This document shows, one piece after another, positions 60,575 through 64,000 of a stretch of 64,000 bases of DNA. The notes beneath the pieces were generated by a model, which saw only the letters and a list, made by a program, of their open reading frames with translations, was not told where the DNA came from and did no database searches. Origin of the DNA: the human T2T-CHM13v2.0 reference genome, Homo sapiens. The DNA lies in the NCBI RefSeq assembly GCF_009914755.1, contig NC_060942.1. The stretch is one strand, 5' to 3'. Every line of letters begins with the position of its first letter. The stretch's first letter is position 1. A program made the position numbers and the translations under genes.

Positions 60575-61135
60575 GGGGAACTGCAGTAGGAGTATAACTT
60601 GGTAATCTTTTTTGTAAATTGGTGTGTTACCTACTCAAGTAGAAGATTTGAAAATGTGCATTCCTATGACTCTGCATTTCCACACTTAGCTATATACCCA
60701 ACAGAAGTGTGTCCATATATTCACTGAAAGACATATTAGGATGTTCATAGCAGCACTATTCCTTGCAGCCACAAAGCAGAAACCGTCCAAATGCCAATCA
60801 ACAGTAGATTTGATAATCGACTGTGTTGTATTCACACACTGCAATACTACACAGCAATGAAAATGCACAAACTTTACAGCAAAAAACTACAATATGGATG
60901 ACTGTCACTTGCATAAGATGCAAGACTAGACAAAATCTAGGTGTTAGAGGGCAGGATAGTGACTACCCTTGGCAGGACTAGTTATTAGAAGAGAGAGCTC
61001 AGGATGGGACTTGGTGGGTGCTGATAATGTTCTGTTTCTTGATCTGGGATAGTTTGTGAAAATTCACTGAGCTTTACATTTCTGATGTGTGCACTAACTT
61101 GTGTGTTAGTTCCTATTTTAATGTAGAGTTTAAAA
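60575..61135 (+). mobile_element. Old L1 (L1MC/ME-type) 3' region
   Basis: aggatgttcatagcagcactattc...aaatgccaatcaacagtag...aatactacacagcaatgaaa...gataatgttctgtttcttgatctggg. Confidence 0.8.
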
Positions 61136-61948
61136 AGAGTTTGTTCTATTTTGTCTACTTATTGAACTAAAACCAGCTTGGATTATGAGAATAAAACATG
61201 GAAAATTACTATGTAGGTAAAGGCACTGTCCTGTTACGCATTTCAAATTGGCACTTGGTTTGAAAAGCAATCATCATGCTGGTAGGGGGTGTCTTTGAAC
61301 TGATGCTCCACAGATGATAATACTCATCTTGTAATTGCCCAACTCTCGGATGAACTGACTTGGAATCTATTTTCCTATTTTACTCTTGTTATACTTGTTA
61401 TTTTTCTTTTAACATGGATTTGATAATCTTAAATAGGAAATATTTCACTTTTTATTATGTAAATTACTCTTATAAAAAGGACAGGTTAGCCACAGGATTT
61501 TTATTGCTGCAGAAAATTGCTGGCGATTCCTTGAAAATCCTGTAAAATGAGGCACTGGAGAATGAGTAAGCTTTTAAATGTAAGAGTTACATTTCTAACT
61601 TTAAAGTTGTTGCTTTGTCACATATTTCAAAACATGGAATATTTAAAAGGTCCATGTAAAATTAGGACATTTCAGATATTGAAGATGGCTTTAAAAAACA
61701 TGCAATGATTTTTTCTTTTTATCACTTATTTCCTTGATCATTGACCTACAGTAGCTTAAAAAAATCTTGTCCTAATAACCATTACCAACAGCCTTCACAG
61801 GACACTGGATTACACAGCGGTATGAACATGAACTTCAAACCATAGTCATAGAGAGGTTCTTTATACATAGAGCAGTAGTTAGTTCTTGGCAAGAGAGGCC
61901 CTTGTTCTGGGTCCTGTTCTTGTTCACGTCTGGCCATATCACTATCTA

Positions 61949-61982
61949 GGGGATAAGGTTTTCACGGGGATAAGGTTTTCAC
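61949..61982. repeat. Perfect 17-bp tandem duplication GGGGATAAGGTTTTCAC x2
   Basis: 61949-61965 identical to 61966-61982. Confidence 0.93.
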
Positions 61983-64000
61983 AGGTCTAAGGAATTGTGG
62001 TTTCTTCTTCTAGAACCATGTCCCAGATAGGAGGGGCCATGGAATTCCCAGCACAGCCCTGAGCTGCTTCCAGAGCCTGCACTGCTGTTCCCAGTCTGTT
62101 CTCCTGCACTCAGGTGTCACTGATCTGTGGCCTTCTAGGTCCAAAGGATGGACAAGGAGCAGCTATTTCCCTGGGGGTGGATTGGTGTCGACTGAGCTTG
62201 GATGTTTATTTTGGGAAGGCCACAGGCCTGTGTTCATGGGCCCTTCAGCATAGAAACAGGAGTAGGAAGAGAATGTTGGGAAGCCCATTGTTGGGTGATT
62301 TGGGGGCCAGGGCTTTACTCTCACTATACCACCACCTCCTATTGAGGAACTCCAGGGACTTGGAGAATTCTTCAGTATTTTCATCTGGCCTTCGAAGACA
62401 TGTAGTTATGTTTGCTAAGGTATGAGGATAGAATGCATTTTATTTAAGTTTGCCAGGATGATTTGTGACATGTATGTATTCTTCACATGGTATATGGACC
62501 TGCATCTATAGTCTTGTCCTGGACCTTCTGAATGCTAAAAAAGAGTCTGCATGGACATAAACAACTCGTGAACTAAAGGAGAAACATTTTCAAAGTCCAC
62601 ATTCAATGGTGAATTTTCACAACAAATATCTAACTTCCTTTACTAATGTAGAGCAATTTTAATGATTCTAAAATGTACACATATGTTGATCTGATCAATT
62701 AGGTTGCAATCTTTGACTGCTGAATTTGGCACAATTAACTGACCCACTATGTGCATAATCAGCCCTGTTGACCTGATTGGAGAATGGCACATAGGACCCT
62801 TTGGACAAACAGAGCCAACTAATGAAAACAGATCTTCATTTGGATAAGACTACACAAAGCTCTTTTCAATTTAGAGCTGGAATGATCTGTCACTCATAGA
62901 TTTCCTGTCATTCATGTAATCATGATTTAGCAATATAGGTATTATGAATGCCTACTCTGTATGAGGCACTGGAATCCAATGATGAACAGGACCTCTGGTC
63001 TCAAAATGCTCTCAGTCTGATAGGGGAGGCTATCTCATGAATAGCGTGTTAATTCCTGTGGCAAAGACGGCTCCATCAGGCCAGGAGTGCACACACTGAT
63101 GGCTGTGTGCTCTGTGTGCTTCAGAATGTTATGTTCTAGCATCATTCACAAAACTGAGGACACAACATCAAAACTCTATGCCAACATCTTGTAACAGCAG
63201 CAGCCTTATTTAAAAATGTACATTCTGTCTCTTTGTTTGGAAACCTCTTTTTCCACATCAATTAGGCCTTTACTTTGAATCTTATTCTCTATTTCAACAA
63301 AAGTACATAATGTTGGGTAAATGTCTCCCTTTCTCCACTAATTTCACCTTGTGGTTAAGACACTTGAATAGTCAGAACAAGCCCATTGCTTTAAAAGGAT
63401 ACTTTTTGGCTTATCAGTGCTTAAATTAATTTCTTTATCTGGAGTAATAACACCACATGTCCTACCTAATAGAAATGTGCCTTGCCAAGATCAGCAATTG
63501 GGTAATGGGTAAATTCAGATGTACAAAAAATCCATTATGTATTCCGGTGATTTAGGGCCCTCAGGATGTTATACCTATGATGGTTGACACATTTTTTCCT
63601 TAATTGTTCCCATTGTTTCTATAGAGAAGGAGCGAATGGGCACAGTTTGCTTTTCATGAATCTGAGTGCTTGCTACCCTAAGTTGTGATAGTTTTCCCGT
63701 AAGGGCTCATGTCCTCTGAATAGAGGACCACTAATTTGAGATGAGTGCATTCTGTGTTTGAAAAGAATTAAATTGGAGGATGGTGGATTACATTTTTTAT
63801 CCACTTTGACTATTTTGAGAATACTGAGTGTACACATCCTGCTATTCCAGAGGAAGCTGTGACACAGTTATGAAGGAGGGTAGCAAGACAACCAGCTCGC
63901 CACCACCTACTACCCTCTCAACTACAAGAGATGATTGCCCATAATTATTTGACTTAATACAAAATTGTTTTCAGGGTAAAATGTAACGAAGTTCAATAAT

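Overview
Primate (human/great-ape-like) non-coding DNA, dominated by transposable elements. I see no credible cellular protein-coding exon, RNA gene or CRISPR array, and no new multi-gene system. Most ORFs in the track are L1/Alu/ERV-derived or chance frames. The main structure is a ~12 kb nested LINE-1 complex (~6.75-18.85 kb). An older full-length L1PA7-like element (- strand) carries four later events: (i) a young full-length L1PA3/PA2-like element with a perfect 14-bp TSD, an intact antisense ORF0 and the ZNF93-escape 5'UTR deletion; (ii) an oppositely oriented 5'-truncated L1PA5-like copy with a 15-bp TSD; (iii) a 76-bp templated insertion copied from unique DNA 2.14 kb away, with a snap-back junction; (iv) an Alu in its tail. 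Elsewhere are a decayed ERV-L (LTR40-type) provirus with nested MSTB and Alu, an ERV1-class LTR interrupted by an MST LTR and a tail-less L1 piece, a probable 3'UTR retrocopy, a probable old L1 3' transduction, a 45-bp-arm inverted repeat, a second ~100-bp dispersed local duplication, several short tandem duplications, and repeat-poor motif-rich stretches that may be enhancers. Subfamily names come from recalled consensus features, not from a database search.
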